Source: a bacterium (GTDB taxonomy: Bacteria > Patescibacteriota > Minisyncoccia > Phycocordibacterales > UBA918). From it: a stretch of DNA of 64,000 nucleotides. Within the stretch, counting starts at the first letter, position 1. Each line of letters starts with the position of its first letter. The position numbers were made by a program, and so were the translations under genes. The DNA lies in contig JAYSUD010000008.1 of assembly GCA_043719295.1 (NCBI GenBank), positions 8,216 to 72,215 of the forward strand, read 5' to 3'. Below the pieces are notes generated by a model. It did not search any database. It was not told where the DNA came from and saw nothing but the letters and a program-made list of their open reading frames with translations. This document shows positions 17,741 to 27,705 of the stretch, piece by piece.

Positions 17741-18208
17741 CTACCGCGTCAAACAATACGCGACACTTCCTGCAATGGGAGCTTCGGCATGTTTTGGTGC
17801 ACAGACGGTAAACCGTCCGAGCGTATCTTTTAATACGGTATAGAGTGTGTCGCCTGCTGTACCTCCATCGGGATCAAACGGTATTGCACTTGGGATGTAT
17901 GTTGGTACTAAACAAGAGAAATCGATGTTAGAACCCGCGATACCAATGTTGGTTGCAGTTCCAGAAACTGTTGTTCCGACACAGGTAAAAGTGCCTTTAT
18001 TATCTGCAATATTTTGTCCAATAGCATTAAGGAGTGTAGAGACGTTAGACTCGCGTTGTGTGTTTCGTGCTTGCGCAAATTGTCGCGAAGGGTTAATTGC
18101 AACAACGACAATGGAGGCCAGAATTGCAATTACGCCAATAACGATCAGTAGCTCTATGAGTGTAAAACCTTGGTCACGACGAACTTTTTTAATTGATGAG
18201 GTGGTCAT
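17741..18208 (-). CDS. Type IV pilin-like protein (prepilin N-terminal cleavage/methylation domain).
   Basis: Start at MTTSSIKKVRRDQ-GFTLIELLIVIGVIAILASIVV: canonical class III signal with Gly-1, Phe+1 and Glu+5. Confidence 0.8.
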   Translation of the reverse strand: MTTSSIKKVRRDQGFTLIELLIVIGVIAILASIVVVAINPSRQFAQARNTQRESNVSTLLNAIGQNIADNKGTFTCVGTTVSGTATNIGIAGSNIDFSCLVPTYIPSAIPFDPDGGTAGDTLYTVLKDTLGRFTVCAPKHAEAPIAGSVAYCLTR

Positions 18209-18315
18209 ACAAATTATGTGATGAACGTTACAACATTTAATAAGGACAGTGCGTTTATGGATAGCAGTATAAGTATATGCCTGTATAGAAAAAAAGAATT
18301 TTTTCTTGTGCACAT

Positions 18316-18804
18316 CTAAGGTAGTGACGGGAGTTCTTTCCAAGAAATAAGTTCACTCTCAAAAGAAGGTAATGGTGATAAAGGTGTATTAAGGGGAGGC
18401 GTTGCGATTTCATCAATTCGTATATCATGCATATCAAACTGCAGTTCAAGATTAGTAACAGAGTCACGAACCTTCCCTTGTACACGAAGTGTTACAAAAC
18501 CTGCTGTTGGAGTGTGCAGAGCTACTGGAAATACATAACACGTTCCCACGGCACTCGAGGTTGTGGCACCACCTTGGAATTCTGGATTTGCTATAAGCTC
18601 ACCAAGTGCCCTCTGTCCACACCCTTTCGCAAGTGTCTCTGACTGTTCTTTTGCTTCAACACCCAAGAGAGTGAATCGTGCTCGTGATCCAAACGTAGTA
18701 ATACTCACCGTCAGCACAAGCAAGACAGCGCCAATAACAATAGTTGCCATCAGTGCAATGTACCCATCAGAAACTTCCGGTGATTGTATATGTAAGTGTC
18801 GCAT
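18316..18804 (-). CDS. Pilus-associated protein (minor pilin or pseudopilin-like) with an N-terminal hydrophobic segment.
   Basis: 162 aa, SDGYIALMATIVIGAVLLVLTV... It overlaps both neighbours, so it lies in the same operon as the pilin and the giant protein. Confidence 0.4.
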   Translation of the reverse strand: MRHLHIQSPEVSDGYIALMATIVIGAVLLVLTVSITTFGSRARFTLLGVEAKEQSETLAKGCGQRALGELIANPEFQGGATTSSAVGTCYVFPVALHTPTAGFVTLRVQGKVRDSVTNLELQFDMHDIRIDEIATPPLNTPLSPLPSFESELISWKELPSLP

Positions 18805-21800
18805 TATAATTTCCAGCTTCAGTTAAGCTTTCTACATTTGCAATATAACGAAGGTCATACACAGAGACAGTCTCATCTCCTACTCCCGTTGCAACTAAAT
18901 CAGGAAACGACGCGCTGTCAAAGGCCCACAATAGTGAATTATAGGGTGACTGAGGAATACCATTACCTGAGGAGGTTGCAATTCGCATACCAAATTGCTC
19001 AGTACCGAGCAATGTTGCTGAAGGAGTGGCACCAATAGGAAGAAGCGTTGTATCAACGCACGCAGTACACGTGAGTGTATTTCCTGAAAGAGTGATGGTA
19101 TATCCGCCTGGCGCATTGGTAATTGCTGAAATAGTGTGAGCAACAGTTGTTGATGTTGTATTTCCAAGAGTATCTCCTGTTGCATATTTAGTAGTCACTG
19201 AAGATAATCCACCAAAACCAACAGTTGTATCTGAAATAGCCATAGTTATGTATTGTTCAGGTCTTTTTTTAAGATACCGCACACTCATCATTGCAAAATC
19301 CCACGCACGCGTGTCCCCTGCGGCTAATCGAGTTGAGGCTGAGCTACGAAGACGCAAGTTCATCAAATTATTAACCGTATCTACAAAATCATCAGGACCA
19401 TTTTGTTGTTCTACTATTCTAAAGGTATCGAAATACCCATACGTTGTTGCAGCGTTTACGTCAGTTCCGGGGGTACTTTGCCACCCTGCTCCTGTTGCCT
19501 CTCCACCTAAACCTGAAGTCCCTGCATAGTTTTTAAGCTGTACGTCACTTGTGATTGTGGTCACATTCGAACGAAACTTTGCTGCATAGTGGATACCCGT
19601 AATTGCTGTTGAAGATGGAACGGTAATAGGAAATGAAATGTTTGCCGAATGTGCGTACTCTGCATTTACCGCATCGTCGTCGTTATCAAGCGCATAGTAT
19701 GTGGAAGGATATTCAATGGCACTTGTTTGTTGCCAAGTTGCCGTTGATGAAGTTGCCGTAACTGCTTCACTCATTGTGCGCGTATTGGCACAATTAGCTG
19801 CTGTTCCCGTACCCCACGAAATTTCACATAAAGCACTGTTACTGTTTACTGATCCGAGCATTAAGTACATACGATCAAACTGAAGATTGTACACAACTCC
19901 TGGAGCATTAGTTAAAAAGCGAACGCGTACCTCCCCTGTTGAGGAAATGTGGTTAGCCATATTAAATCCACCTATAGAAGTATCGTTGAAGGTAAAGGCC
20001 ATATCTGCATCAGTTGCACAAGTAGCCCCGCCTATAGTCGTTGAGGCGTGTTGCGTCCAGGTTGTATTTTGAAAGTCATAGAGATATATGCCGAACGTCA
20101 AAGCAACGTTTGAGCGACAGATTTCAGCTGAGAATAAAATGGTATTCATGCCAGTGTATGTTTGCACATTTTTAAATGAGTAGTAGAAATCGGCTGCAGT
20201 TGAAATTGCAGTCATAGGGACCGTCATTTTGGTTGCATCACTTCCCGTGACGGTAGTATAGATACCTCCAAGTGTGTCAGAGATGAAGTTTGTCGTCACG
20301 CCGGCTGACGTTGTTGCAAAACCTGCGGGTTCGTAAATTGGATCGATAGCGACCTCTACTTGCGCGAAGTCAATACGGTGTTCAACGGTGTTGTTAACTG
20401 TTGAGTATGAACGGAGAATAATACGTCCACTTGTTGACGAAGCGAAGTTTGAAAGTGGTGTTGCAATGATTGTTCCAGGAGACGTCACACGCGTAGAGAA
20501 GTATCCGTCATATATTTCATAGACGCGTGTTATGTCAGTGGTATCAGTAAGGTTTGCGTCTTGTGGCTCGAGGTTGCGCCAACCACCTCCGGTACAACCT
20601 GCAGTTGCTGCGTTATCAACACCAGTATTGTCTACCCAATCACAAATTTGGTGTTGGTAGTTACTTCCAGTAGTAATATTGCCTGACTCTATTGTCAGCA
20701 AAAGCTTATTTGCACTATAGAGTTCAACATTGTCAAAATACAGCTGTGCGTCAAAACCAGTTGTTGTCCGTCTAAACGACCAATAGTTAGAATCGTTACC
20801 GAGTGTGCCTTTATAGTCTCCGGCGTTTACAAAAGAAGAAGACGAAGCGGTTCCAACTACAAGTGAACCACCTGTTGCAATATACTGACTCCGCAACGTT
20901 ACCCTACTTTGTTCATTGATAAAACGAACACTCATCATCGCAAAATCAATATCGCGAGTATCGCCTGACGCAACTCGAGTAGAGGCTGAGGTACGGATTC
21001 GCATGTTCATCACGTTGTTCTTAGTATCAACAAAATCATCAGAACCGTTTTGTTGTTCTACTATTCTAAATGAATCGAAATATCCATAGGTTGTAGATAA
21101 GTTAATATCGGCCCCTGGAGTACTTTGCCAGAATGACCCTGCTGCTTCGCCCGATACTCCTGAAGTCCCCGCGAAGTTCTTAATTTGAATGTCGTTGGTG
21201 ATAGTTGTCACGTTCGACCGGTGTTTTACTGCATAGTGAATACCCGTAATAGAGGTAGTTGAAGCAAGCGTAATTGGAAATGACAAGTTTGAAGAGTATG
21301 CATACTCAGCGTTGACCGCATCATCGTCATTATCAAGTGGATAGTATGTTGACGGATACTCAATGGCACTTGTTTGTTGCCACGTTGCGGTTGTCGGTGT
21401 GTCAGTAATTCCCTCTGCCATAGTGCGCGTATTTGAGCAATTGGCTGCCGTTCCCGTACCCCACGAAATTTCACACAAAGAACTATCAGTATTAACTGAT
21501 CCGAGCATCAAGTACAGTTGATCGAACTGCAAGTTATAGACGACTCCAGGGCCATTGGTTAAAAAACGCACACGTATTTCACCTGTAGAGGAAATATGGT
21601 CTTCCATATTAAAACCACTAACTGATGTATCGTTAAAGGTAAATACCATGTCTCTGTCAGTTGCACAGGTACTTGCACCAATAGTTGTTGATGCATGCTG
21701 CGTCCATGAAGTATTTTGAAAATCATACACATATATTCCAAACGTCAGCGCAGTGTTTGAGCGACAAATTTCTCCTGAGAACAAAATCGTATTCATCCCC

Positions 21801-22699
21801 GTATACGTTTTCACATTTTTAAATGAAAAGTAGAAGTCTGCTGGGGTTGAAACTGCAGTCATGGGCACAGTTAGTTTGTTAGCATCACTTGCCGTTAACA
21901 GGGTGTAGGTAGGAGGCCCAACCAAGTCAGAGATAAAGTTTGTCGTTACACCCGCTGACGTTGTTGCAAAGCCTGCGGGTTGATAGACCGGGTCAACAGC
22001 AACTTCTACCTGTGCGAAGTCAATACGATGCTCAACGGTGTTGTTAACTGTTGAGTACGAACGAAGAATAAATCGACTATTGTTTGAAGCATTGATAAAA
22101 TTTGACAACGGAGTACTTACGACAATTCCAGGCGACGTCACTCGTGTTGAAAAATAACCATCGTAAATTTCATAGACCCGAGTGTTGTCGGTTGTATCAA
22201 CAAAGTTTGTCCGTCTTGGTTGGAGTGTTCGCCATCCGCCTCCAGTACATTGTGCATCAACCGCGTTATCAACCCCTGTAGTTGAGACAAAGTCACAGAT
22301 TTGATGTACGTAGTTACTTCCTGTTGTGATGTTCGTTGATTCAATAGTGATAAGTATTTTATTGGCACTGTAGAGTTCTACATTGTCAAAATACAGTTGT
22401 GCATCAAAGCCAGTTGTAGTACGTCTAAACGACCAATAGTTAGAATCGTTACCAAGTGTTCCTTTATAATCGCCCGCGTTAACAAAAGATGAGGACGATG
22501 CGGTTCCGACAACAAGTAAACTTCCCGTTGCCCGATACTGTCCTGTTGCAAGTGCTGTTTCTGGAAGTAATGAATCGGCCGTTTGAGTACCTGACCCCAA
22601 ATCAAAAAAACTAAGTCCTCCAAAACCAACAAAAAGTGCCATAAGAAAAAAGAAAGTTCCTATAGACCACTGTACTTTTTTTTCAGAGGATATACTCAT
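18767..22699 (-). CDS. Giant (1310 aa) surface or pilus-associated adhesin-like protein made of two ~550-aa tandem repeat units.
   Basis: N-terminal signal-anchor. The blocks SLLVVGTASSSSFVNAGDYKGTLGNDSNYWSFRRTTTGFDAQLYFDNVELYSANK... and ...ILRSYSTVNNTVEHRIDFAQVEV... occur twice in the same order. Thr/Ser/Asn-rich beta-type composition. Confidence 0.7.
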   Translation of the reverse strand: MSISSEKKVQWSIGTFFFLMALFVGFGGLSFFDLGSGTQTADSLLPETALATGQYRATGSLLVVGTASSSSFVNAGDYKGTLGNDSNYWSFRRTTTGFDAQLYFDNVELYSANKILITIESTNITTGSNYVHQICDFVSTTGVDNAVDAQCTGGGWRTLQPRRTNFVDTTDNTRVYEIYDGYFSTRVTSPGIVVSTPLSNFINASNNSRFILRSYSTVNNTVEHRIDFAQVEVAVDPVYQPAGFATTSAGVTTNFISDLVGPPTYTLLTASDANKLTVPMTAVSTPADFYFSFKNVKTYTGMNTILFSGEICRSNTALTFGIYVYDFQNTSWTQHASTTIGASTCATDRDMVFTFNDTSVSGFNMEDHISSTGEIRVRFLTNGPGVVYNLQFDQLYLMLGSVNTDSSLCEISWGTGTAANCSNTRTMAEGITDTPTTATWQQTSAIEYPSTYYPLDNDDDAVNAEYAYSSNLSFPITLASTTSITGIHYAVKHRSNVTTITNDIQIKNFAGTSGVSGEAAGSFWQSTPGADINLSTTYGYFDSFRIVEQQNGSDDFVDTKNNVMNMRIRTSASTRVASGDTRDIDFAMMSVRFINEQSRVTLRSQYIATGGSLVVGTASSSSFVNAGDYKGTLGNDSNYWSFRRTTTGFDAQLYFDNVELYSANKLLLTIESGNITTGSNYQHQICDWVDNTGVDNAATAGCTGGGWRNLEPQDANLTDTTDITRVYEIYDGYFSTRVTSPGTIIATPLSNFASSTSGRIILRSYSTVNNTVEHRIDFAQVEVAIDPIYEPAGFATTSAGVTTNFISDTLGGIYTTVTGSDATKMTVPMTAISTAADFYYSFKNVQTYTGMNTILFSAEICRSNVALTFGIYLYDFQNTTWTQHASTTIGGATCATDADMAFTFNDTSIGGFNMANHISSTGEVRVRFLTNAPGVVYNLQFDRMYLMLGSVNSNSALCEISWGTGTAANCANTRTMSEAVTATSSTATWQQTSAIEYPSTYYALDNDDDAVNAEYAHSANISFPITVPSSTAITGIHYAAKFRSNVTTITSDVQLKNYAGTSGLGGEATGAGWQSTPGTDVNAATTYGYFDTFRIVEQQNGPDDFVDTVNNLMNLRLRSSASTRLAAGDTRAWDFAMMSVRYLKKRPEQYITMAISDTTVGFGGLSSVTTKYATGDTLGNTTSTTVAHTISAITNAPGGYTITLSGNTLTCTACVDTTLLPIGATPSATLLGTEQFGMRIATSSGNGIPQSPYNSLLWAFDSASFPDLVATGVGDETVSVYDLRYIANVESLTEAGNYNATLTYTITGSF
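19050..22540 (-). repeat. ~1.65-kb tandem duplication (2 units, ~70-75% nucleotide identity) inside the giant CDS.
   Basis: cactcatcatcgcaaaatc at ~20935 matches cactcatcattgcaaaatc at ~19274. gtaccccacgaaatttcaca(c/t)aaag occurs at ~21463 and ~19812. Period ~1.65 kb. Confidence 0.75.
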
Positions 22700-24255
22700 A
22701 TACGCATTCTTTCAGGTACAAAATCAATTTTGATTGTACTTGTATCGACACTAACCTCATATTCCCCTGTTTGGAGTTCTATAATATTCTCTTGTCTACT
22801 ATTAGTGTTAAGTGTCTGCGAAAATAACGATTTACTCACAATATCAAAGCCCATCACTGTATCACTTTGTGCTGTTGTCCAAAACAAAACTCCTGCTTTA
22901 AATTCAAGAATTGGATTTTTCATCATGACTGTTTCATCGGTAATTTTCTCAAAACTGCGGACGGTACCTGAGGCCATTTCTTGTAACCAGAGCGTCTGAA
23001 AACCTGAAGCGTCAGCAACTACTGTAGCAAAACTTGTTTGTGTCAGTGGTTTGAGACTGATAACCGTGCCGTCAATGGTAAAGATGTGGTACGAAACATA
23101 CTCTTGACCCTTAAAGATGATACGGAGTTCAAGTGCATGTTCTCCTACGTCAAATACACCTTGGGTAAAGGTAACTTGTAGCATACCAACTCCATCGTCA
23201 ACAAATTCTATCGGAGCTTTAGTTCCATCAACCAATGCAAAAGATGTAAGCACCACAGGGTTCGTTATTGCAATAATTTCTACTCCATCTTCTTCTGTTA
23301 CTACTGGAGAAAGCGCGATACTGACAGCTTCTATTTGATCATCCACAACAACATCACTACTTCCTTCTGAAGGATCGGTAGAAACTTGAGGGAGAGCATC
23401 AACTGGTATATCTACATCAATAGTTTCTTGGGTTCCCGAAGCTACTTCTTGAGGTTGCTCTACTACTTCAGATAGTTCTGTACTTGTTGCTTCTACATCT
23501 GAATTTTCTGGAGATACAACTTGCTCTGGTTCAGGTTCTGGTTTCGATTCAGATTCAGATTCAGAAACAACTGCAGGTGGAAGCTCCTGTCCTTCTGCTG
23601 TGGGAATGAGAAAATCAACTACATTTGAGAACGTTTCAGTCACGACATCAACCACAGCTTCAACAACACTCCCTTGATACGCATCAACAATAGCCTCCCC
23701 AATAGTATCAACAACCGTCTCTATAAACGTCGACAAAACTGTCCCCGTGGCCTGCTCTGCAGCTGTATACGAAAAAGTAAACGAGGGTATTTCATTAATT
23801 GCAAAGTTCATCTTTTCTGATCCAAGAATAAACGGAAGATCAACATTTGAAGTAGAAGAGGCCCTAGTGCGTTCAATAAGTGAATCCACAACAATAACTG
23901 GTTCAATTATTGGAGACCCAAGTGACTCATCCTCTTTGCTTGCGCTCTCACTTGTAGTTGAATTCTGAATATCTTCTTCGAACACAGGTGCCAAGATTTC
24001 ACCCTCAATAGGTGAAGAAGGCTCTATGGGCCCAATTAGCGGTAGAGTATCTCCTTCAGCATGATCACCTCCCTTACTGTCTGTTACTTCTATTTCTTGT
24101 TGTAAAGGCAGAGCAACTTCGGGTTCTGTAACCAGCACTTCACCTTGTTGTGCAAATGCAAAGGTATGCGGAATAACCGTTTCAACTACCAGTAGAAAAG
24201 CCAACAATACCTGCCCAATTTTGTACCTATATCCCATTGTTGTATCAGTATACAA
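22696..24255 (-). CDS. Secreted acidic protein (519 aa), first gene of the pilus/adhesin operon.
   Basis: Signal peptide, a SESESESKPEPEPEQ acidic linker and a C-terminal beta-rich region. Its stop overlaps the giant CDS start. Confidence 0.5.
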   Translation of the reverse strand: MYTDTTMGYRYKIGQVLLAFLLVVETVIPHTFAFAQQGEVLVTEPEVALPLQQEIEVTDSKGGDHAEGDTLPLIGPIEPSSPIEGEILAPVFEEDIQNSTTSESASKEDESLGSPIIEPVIVVDSLIERTRASSTSNVDLPFILGSEKMNFAINEIPSFTFSYTAAEQATGTVLSTFIETVVDTIGEAIVDAYQGSVVEAVVDVVTETFSNVVDFLIPTAEGQELPPAVVSESESESKPEPEPEQVVSPENSDVEATSTELSEVVEQPQEVASGTQETIDVDIPVDALPQVSTDPSEGSSDVVVDDQIEAVSIALSPVVTEEDGVEIIAITNPVVLTSFALVDGTKAPIEFVDDGVGMLQVTFTQGVFDVGEHALELRIIFKGQEYVSYHIFTIDGTVISLKPLTQTSFATVVADASGFQTLWLQEMASGTVRSFEKITDETVMMKNPILEFKAGVLFWTTAQSDTVMGFDIVSKSLFSQTLNTNSRQENIIELQTGEYEVSVDTSTIKIDFVPERMRI

Positions 24256-24290
24256 GAGAGGAGAAGCTAAAAACGTAACTTACTCACTAA

Positions 24291-25040
24291 CTATTCTAAG
24301 CCTAAAACCCTTTTCCGCTCTACAAGTGCTTTTACAATCTCTGCATCTGTCTCTTCATAGGCACCCTCACCAATATGGTCGTACACAATATTTCCATGTA
24401 TATCAATCAAATATTTTCTAGGCCAAAATCGGTTGCCATATGCATTCCATGTCGCATATTCATTATCCATAATAACGGGATACGTAATGCCGAACTTAAG
24501 CATTGCTTCTTCGACATTATCCTTATCTTTTTCAAACGCAAACTCAGGAGTATGAAGCCCAATAACAATCAATCCATCATCTTTATATGCTTCATACCAT
24601 GTATTCACATACGGAAATGTCGCCTGACAGTTACTACACGAATAGGTCATCACGTTAAGTACGATTACTTTTTTACCCACATATTCACCAATTGTAATAG
24701 GTTGATTATTACTGTTCACAAATCCTGATGGACGGACAATCTCAATATACTTTTTAAAATTGTTTGTACCTGTTTTTGGTAGTGCATTTTCTGTGACAAC
24801 AGAATCGGTTTGAGGAAGACCAGTACGTTCATTTGAATCTTTTTGAATACACACGGAACTTGTAGATGAGGTACTGCAACTTACGGAAGACTCTTCTTTC
24901 AAGTCCTTGGTATTTGGACTCATATCAGATAGAGAGACAATGTCTTGTTCGTTGTTTTTGATAGTAAATGCACCTGTAGCAACAAGACCTATAGAGGCGA
25001 GCCCAATTAGAAAGAGTGTAATACCAAGAACATACCGCAT
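24291..25040 (-). CDS. TlpA/ResA-like thiol-disulfide oxidoreductase (redoxin fold, membrane-anchored).
   Basis: N-terminal TM, CxxC site in VLNVMTYSCSNCQATFPYVNTWYEAYKDDGLIVIGLHTPEFAF: AhpC/TSA-redoxin pattern. Confidence 0.7.
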   Translation of the reverse strand: MRYVLGITLFLIGLASIGLVATGAFTIKNNEQDIVSLSDMSPNTKDLKEESSVSCSTSSTSSVCIQKDSNERTGLPQTDSVVTENALPKTGTNNFKKYIEIVRPSGFVNSNNQPITIGEYVGKKVIVLNVMTYSCSNCQATFPYVNTWYEAYKDDGLIVIGLHTPEFAFEKDKDNVEEAMLKFGITYPVIMDNEYATWNAYGNRFWPRKYLIDIHGNIVYDHIGEGAYEETDAEIVKALVERKRVLGLE

Positions 25041-25041
25041 A

Positions 25042-25764
25042 CTAAATTTTTTCTAATAGCTTGTGTTCAATTTTAGTAACGTCAAAGTAACCACGTTCAA
25101 TTAAGTTCGTTTCAAACTTTTTTTCAAGTCCTAACATAATTGAAAGACCAAGAAGAATAAAGAGCACCCCAAGTGAACGCTTAAACCAACCTCGTCCATC
25201 TGAGACGTTTGTCAGTTTTGCGGTAAATTTTTCACCTAACAATGCAATGAGTAAAAGGACTAACGATAAGCCCAATGTGTAAGCGAGCAAATACGTTGTA
25301 CCGAGCAAGAAACTTGCAGGCAGTACAGACGCTAAGATGACAAAGTACGTTGGTGAACAAGTAGAGAAAATTGGACCTAACGATGCTCCAACAATTACGT
25401 CACCCCAAACAGTTTTTTTAAGATGCCCTTTGCCAAGTAATTTATTTGAGCCAATAGAAAGTTTTGAAATGTACGGTATACGCTCCCACAAAGAAGGAAA
25501 CGAAAGTACCAGCCCAAACACGAAGATGATGCCTCCTGAAAGATACGTCCAGAATTCTTGTGGCACCGTAATAAACACTGTGGAGACTTTTAGGATAAAC
25601 GTAAACGCAATAATTGAAAGCGCTAACGATCCGACAACAATGTATGGTGTGTATGGACTTCTCCCTTGTGAAGACGTACCAATAACAACAGGTAATAACG
25701 GCAAAATACACGGTGCCAAGACCGTGAGAATGCCTGCTAAAAACGATACTATGAGTAACGTCAT
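25042..25764 (-). CDS. ccdA: Cytochrome c-type biogenesis protein CcdA (DsbD-family membrane thiol-disulfide transporter).
   Basis: LAGILTVLAPCILPLLPVVIG and a second conserved Cys (IFSTCSPTYF); six TM helices. Confidence 0.8.
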   Translation of the reverse strand: MTLLIVSFLAGILTVLAPCILPLLPVVIGTSSQGRSPYTPYIVVGSLALSIIAFTFILKVSTVFITVPQEFWTYLSGGIIFVFGLVLSFPSLWERIPYISKLSIGSNKLLGKGHLKKTVWGDVIVGASLGPIFSTCSPTYFVILASVLPASFLLGTTYLLAYTLGLSLVLLLIALLGEKFTAKLTNVSDGRGWFKRSLGVLFILLGLSIMLGLEKKFETNLIERGYFDVTKIEHKLLEKI

Positions 25765-25771
25765 ACTACTA

Positions 25772-26401
25772 TTATTTTACACTTGTCATCAAAGAAGCCA
25801 ATGTTGGTGAACCACTCCATTTAGCAATCTGTGTCCCGTTACTATCAACTTGCACAAACGTGTGTTGGTAGGTTACGCCATACTTTGTTTTAAGTGCCTG
25901 TGAGTTGTCGTAGTCAACTTCTAAAATAGTGAGACCGTCTTTGATTGAAGTTCTATTTGCCTTGATGTCTGCGTCAACTGCTTTACATGAAGGACACCAT
26001 GACGCTTTAAAAAATAGCACAACGTCACCTTTCTCTGCACGCGCAAGCTTACTTGCATCATAGGTCTCATAACTTCCCTTCTCCATCATTGTAGCTTCTG
26101 CTGGCTTAGCCATTGCATCTGTCTTCATCATAGAGTCATCTTTTTTCATCATTGCATCATCTTTCATCATAGAGTCTGCGTCTTTTGACATTGAGGTGTC
26201 ATCTTTTTTCATTGCCTCTGCTTCCATAATTGACTTTTCCTCCATAGCTTTTTTCTCCATCATCGCTTTTTCTTCCATCTCTAGCTTTTCTTGCATCACC
26301 TTTTGTTCTTGTGCCTTTGTATCAGTAGCGTTGTTTTGTAGTAAAAAATACCCAACTCCCCCGAGTACCACAACTCCCCCAATAAGTAACAAATTTTTCA
26401 T
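25772..26401 (-). CDS. Membrane-anchored thioredoxin-fold protein (WCPSCK) with a Met-rich repeat region.
   Basis: TM anchor, then MMEKKAMEEKSIMEAEAMKKDDTSMSKDADSMMKDDAMMKKDDSMMKTDAM, then a thioredoxin fold with the WCPSCKA active site. Confidence 0.7.
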   Translation of the reverse strand: MKNLLLIGGVVVLGGVGYFLLQNNATDTKAQEQKVMQEKLEMEEKAMMEKKAMEEKSIMEAEAMKKDDTSMSKDADSMMKDDAMMKKDDSMMKTDAMAKPAEATMMEKGSYETYDASKLARAEKGDVVLFFKASWCPSCKAVDADIKANRTSIKDGLTILEVDYDNSQALKTKYGVTYQHTFVQVDSNGTQIAKWSGSPTLASLMTSVK

Positions 26402-26607
26402 GTGTTTTGTATATATAATTGACAATACAAAAAGCATATACCATCGTATACAAAATGTAAAGTTAACTTTACATTTTATCTGTGGAAAAACTTAGGGGTG
26501 ATAAAATCAGAGGATTTATGAAAACGAGTGAGAAGTGATACAAAATCCACCACAAGAGTATTTCCATTTTTATAGTCGTCTTACGACTCCATAAAAATTA
26601 GGTCACT

Positions 26608-26656
26608 TCGCAAGAGGTTTCCTACTCTTTTGGAAAAAGAGTGAGAACCTGTACAG
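26608..26656 (+). repeat. Nested-hairpin module (same family as 3601-3655 and 28254-28302).
   Basis: tcgcaagAGGTTtcctaCTCTTTTggaAAAAGAGtgagAACCTgtacag. Confidence 0.6.
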
Positions 26657-26708
26657 TTCCTGTAAGGAACAAGAGAGATTAAGAAGTGTGCCGTTTCCAT
26701 AAAACCTG

Positions 26709-27068
26709 CTAATTGTAGGTGTCGGCAAACAACCTCGCACACAACTTTGAAATAACCATCACACCTAAGGTTACTGCAATCCATGGGTCAATTGCGTGAG
26801 AAAGTCCTTGAATAATAAGAGCGAGGGTCAATGTACCAATACCAGACAAGTACGCTACCCTTCCCGCATTCATACGATGCTGTAGTTCGCGTTCATCTCC
26901 ACTTTTTTCATACATGACAAAACCAGCCCAAATCAACAGTAATGAACACGCACCAAGCAATGCGAGCATTTGCGCCATGTCAGGCATCCAAAATGGAATC
27001 AGATCTGCAAGTGCAAGAAGTAATACTACTAAAACTAAAGCTACGACAATTTCAATTGTGTTATTTTT
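26709..27068 (-). CDS. Small membrane protein (DUF2178-like) paired with an XRE regulator.
   Basis: Three or four TM helices. Overlaps the upstream HTH gene by 8 nt, the typical HTH_XRE + membrane-protein pair. Confidence 0.45.
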   Translation of the reverse strand, partial: KNNTIEIVVALVLVVLLLALADLIPFWMPDMAQMLALLGACSLLLIWAGFVMYEKSGDERELQHRMNAGRVAYLSGIGTLTLALIIQGLSHAIDPWIAVTLGVMVISKLCARLFADTYN

Positions 27069-27273
27069 CATAAGCAATTTTAAAAACTTCTTCAACAGTA
27101 ACACCAAAAACCCGCGCAATCTTTATTGCGAGCAATACTGACGGCGTGTAATTCCCTTTCTCGATAGCAATTACCGTCTGCCGGCTAACGCCAATTTTTT
27201 GTGCAAACTCTTCTTGAGTAAAGCTTTTTTTACTACGGAGTGCGTGCACGTTATTTTTAATATATTCTGTCAT
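27061..27273 (-). CDS. XRE-family HTH transcriptional regulator.
   Basis: KSFTQEEFAQKIGVSRQTVIAIEKGNYTPSVLLAIKIARVFGV: Cro/C1-type HTH. Confidence 0.85.
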   Translation of the reverse strand: MTEYIKNNVHALRSKKSFTQEEFAQKIGVSRQTVIAIEKGNYTPSVLLAIKIARVFGVTVEEVFKIAYEK

Positions 27274-27324
27274 ATAAGACTTCCTCAGTATACTATGTGT
27301 TCAAACAAAGATGTCAAGTCAACT

Positions 27325-27696
27325 TCACACTGCTTGTTTTTTCTTCTTTGGCTTCGGTTTTGGTAATGAAGCAGAGAGTAACTGTAGAATTTCTGACAAA
27401 TTTTTAATCGAACGTATCTGTTCCTCTTCAACAACGTAATGTAATTTTGCACCAGTATAGGGAGAATCTTTTTCGCACATACTTTCAAGTTCAGAACTTG
27501 AAGGTACAATTTTTACATACAACAAATCATCACAGATAAGCGCCACAACTTTCCCGTCACAATACAAAGCATACTCCCCAAACATCGCTCTTGCTGTAAA
27601 AATGTGTGGTTTACGAGACCCCACATCGAAGACACCACCTTGTTGCCCTTCAAGAGTTTCAAGAATATGCGCAACAGTTTCTTTGTGGGTACTCAT
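27325..27696 (-). CDS. TfoX N-terminal domain protein.
   Basis: HILETLEG...ARAMFGEYALYCDGKVVALICDDLLYVKI matches the TfoX_N consensus. Confidence 0.65.
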   Translation of the reverse strand: MSTHKETVAHILETLEGQQGGVFDVGSRKPHIFTARAMFGEYALYCDGKVVALICDDLLYVKIVPSSSELESMCEKDSPYTGAKLHYVVEEEQIRSIKNLSEILQLLSASLPKPKPKKKKQAV

Positions 27697-27705
27697 TATA
27701 AGTAT

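Noticed and set aside
18796-22632. Numerous 60-100-aa ORFs on the plus strand opposite the 1310-aa gene and inside other long genes.
   Set aside because: They are antisense or shadow ORFs within confidently coding regions, with biased composition and no start context.
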